Part shown: piece after piece, positions 61,381 through 64,000 of the stretch
How positions within the stretch are numbered: the stretch's first letter is position 1
How the letters are laid out: each line of letters opens with the position of its first letter
Assembly (NCBI RefSeq): GCF_902713615.1
Contig: NC_052158.1
Location: 12,210,546 to 12,274,545 of the forward strand
Length of the DNA: 64,000 nt
Direction of reading: 5' to 3'
DNA from: Scyliorhinus canicula
Taxonomy: Eukaryota
Program-made: the position numbers and the translations under genes
The notes under the pieces: generated by a model
The model's input: the letters and a program-made list of their open reading frames with translations, nothing else
Told to the model about the DNA's origin: nothing
Databases searched by the model: none

Positions 61381-64000
61381 AACTTGGTCCTAAGGCCTGG
61401 GACCCTCCCACTAAATATTTCTGCCTTTCTGTCTCTCGTCCTCAATTTACCAGGCCCTTTATTATCAGTTTTTGTATGCGAGTCTCTTCAAGTGGTTTGG
61501 CAGAAATGTCATTCAATGTGGGGCAGTTCACGTTGTTATCTATCTTTGGGGGCCATAGCTGTGTTCTACAGTGCCCATCGGGTAATTAAATCCCATGATT
61601 CCATGAAGAACACCTAGCGCAACTGGCTGCCAACGTCATAGTCGAGTGCCCTGAATTGGTTTGCTCCGGCAACGTGGCAAAGCAACACGACGCTGCACCT
61701 TGGAGACCTGCAGCCTCACACATTTCAATCAGGCCAAATAAAGGCAGGAGTAGAATTGTGATACCTCTGCGTTGCATTTGCGCGTGTAGGATTTAGAAAC
61801 TGCATGTGGGCCGAGGTTTCGGTTTAGATTTCTTGACTTAATAACTCTACCTACACTTTATGCAATCCTTTCAATGTTTGCAGAGGCAAGTCGCCATTTG
61901 TTAGCAATAGTTGACCAGGGTTCTCCACGCTTTCTGGGATCTCTCTCGTCCTTTTTTTCATTGAATAAAGCCTTTTAGTGAGAATGCCCACCTTCGCAAC
62001 AGTGTGTGGTTCTGCAATAGGAAACGGGAACGATTAAAGAAACAGGGTTAGAAATTTTCCATAACCGATAATGCCAAACAACATTATCAAAATTGTCACT
62101 CAATATAAAATCCTGGTCATTCAGTACCGCTGATAATGGCAGGGCCATTCTGTGGCATCGCATGACGATATTCTACTCCTTAGCGTTGAGCCCCAATTCC
62201 AATTTTTTTTTATTTTCCTATAATTTGGCTAACAGTTTCATATTCTGAAACCCTTGGGATAGCATGCTCGGTCTACCTTCCGTAAACTTCAGTTCATCTA
62301 AACTGAAGTGTCCTTCCATGCGCCACGTCCCGCTCACCGTTCACCTCTGAGCTCGCCTTCAATGCTGGCTGCTGTCCTCGAAACACTGATTTCAAGATTA
62401 TCACCCTCGACTTGAAATTTCTCCATGAACACACCAGCCTCTATCTCTGAAACCGCCATTCTTACAATCCCATCGAAAACTTCGTATTTCTCTAAATCTG
62501 GCATCCTATCGTTGTCCAATTTCCTTAGCTCCCCTATTAGAGATCATGCCTGCAGCCGCCGGGGCTGGAACCAATGGAATTCCACCTCTCCTTTCGCCAA
62601 CCTATTTTAAATGCGTTGTAAAACGCAAATCTTTAGTGAGTCGCCTGACTGAATATCTCTTTATGTGCTTCAGTGTGAAATGTCTGATTATTCCCAAGTG
62701 AAGCTATTTGTAACACATAACCATGTTAAAAAGTATGACATAAAGGCCGGTTGTTGGGTTTTCTGTTATTACAATCCGAAAGCAGAAACATTATTCGTAG
62801 GCAAGTTATTAATGTGATGATAAACCTGACTTTCCAAAAAGGCATTGGAGCGCATCAGCTCCCTTTGAGTTTAAAATTAATTATTTTTTATTCAATTTTC
62901 TCGACTCATTTTGCCTATCCATGTCATGTTCACACTTCCCGCTCCTCCGGTAACAAAGGATTATATCCTTGGCTTTTCTGAATGACGCTGATACATTCCC
63001 ATTAGATTCTCTGGTGGCTCATTGACCAGACTCATCCCACCAGAGAATACATTTTCGCGTATCCTATGGCATAAATGGATAATTATAAAACAATGAATAC
63101 TTTAATAGACTAATATACTTAAATGGACGTTCAATCATTAGCTATTTTCTGGACGAAATCTCCAAGATCAAAATGTGCAGGGACATTTTATCATTGCCTC
63201 CAGTCAAGCAAAGGAAACCGCTATGTTCTGTTTCAAGGGCATCTAATTCTACCTCTGCCTTACCATAGTTCATTTTAATTGGTGAACGATCTCGGGCTTG
63301 GTTTGCAGAATTTTGTGACATGGGGTCACAGCACCGGAGGTGGGTTTCTCCTCAATAACCATACCTAAAGCCATGACTTGCAGGACATACCCGCCACAGC
63401 TGAAAACTGTCTGCTGTGAAAAGATCTGTTACATTGGCGCCTGTTGAATTCCGATATAATTTTCAACATGCATTGCAGCATCACCAAGGCACAAGTGACC
63501 AATGTGTTACTCGATACTCAATAAAACGAACTATAAAGAAGAATAGAGACTTAAAGGTTATCAAACACTTACCAATGAAAATGCAAAACGGACAAATTAA
63601 ATTGGTTAGTATTTTATGATGTTTTGTTCCACCTGAGTTGGTTGGGAATAAAATAAGACATCTGGTGTAAAAGATTCAAATGGATGCGTAAAATTAACGC
63701 ATTAGCTTGATTTCACAATACTGGGGTTCAAGATAGCGGCTCCACAATGCCTTCTGAAGGGCAATTAGCAATGGGCAATAACTGTTAGCCTCTCCAGCGG
63801 CCCTCGCATTCCGAGAACGGATTTTTAAAAAGTTATCCCCTAAAAGCGTTCACAACTCTTTATTTAGTTGCCGGAAACTTTCACTTTACATGTACCTGAT
63901 GCTTCGGTTCAATCATCAGAAAGACACAATGGTGGGGAAAAAGCAATTGTTCAGTAAGTATCTGTGAATAGACGATATGGTCAATAATTCCTGTTTCAGA

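Noticed and set aside
54700-64000. A further gene downstream of TRIM-C
   Set aside because: Only short ORFs with no recognisable domain plus decayed SINE, CR1 and L2 pieces; small exons cannot be excluded by eye.

Overview
Eukaryotic, repeat-rich vertebrate DNA. The repeats (HE1/V-SINE-like SINEs, CR1/HER1-like LINEs, Penelope fragments, GGG-ended Harbinger) point to a cartilaginous fish, probably a catshark-like shark; that assignment is an inference. The genic content is a cluster of three TRIM (RING-B-box2-coiled-coil) units with the 6-exon B30.2-TRIM layout. TRIM-C (+, 45649-52665) is complete, 478 aa, with PRY/SPRY. TRIM-B (-, 41062-36919) lies head-to-head with TRIM-C and has five intact exons but no PRY/SPRY exon in the 22 kb before the next unit. 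TRIM-A (-, 14088-6828) has five exons, a damaged exon-2 acceptor and no PRY/SPRY exon inside the window. Main finding: the phase-1 donor of TRIM-B exon 5 joins in frame, with no stop, to the acceptor 71 nt upstream of the TRIM-A ATG. B and A may therefore be one gene encoding a tandem double-RBCC TRIM, or two RBCC heads sharing one B30.2 exon. Other notable items are a foldback Mutator-like element (128-bp modular TIRs, 9-bp TSD), a Harbinger deletion derivative, a Penelope hairpin with an intact minimal hammerhead ribozyme in a TRIM-C intron, a truncated Ty3/Gypsy element ending at an inverted 82-bp duplication, and a candidate bidirectional promoter with NF-kB/IRF/ETS motifs. Repeat boundaries are approximate unless a TSD is quoted. 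Exon boundaries were read by hand and have no transcript support here.
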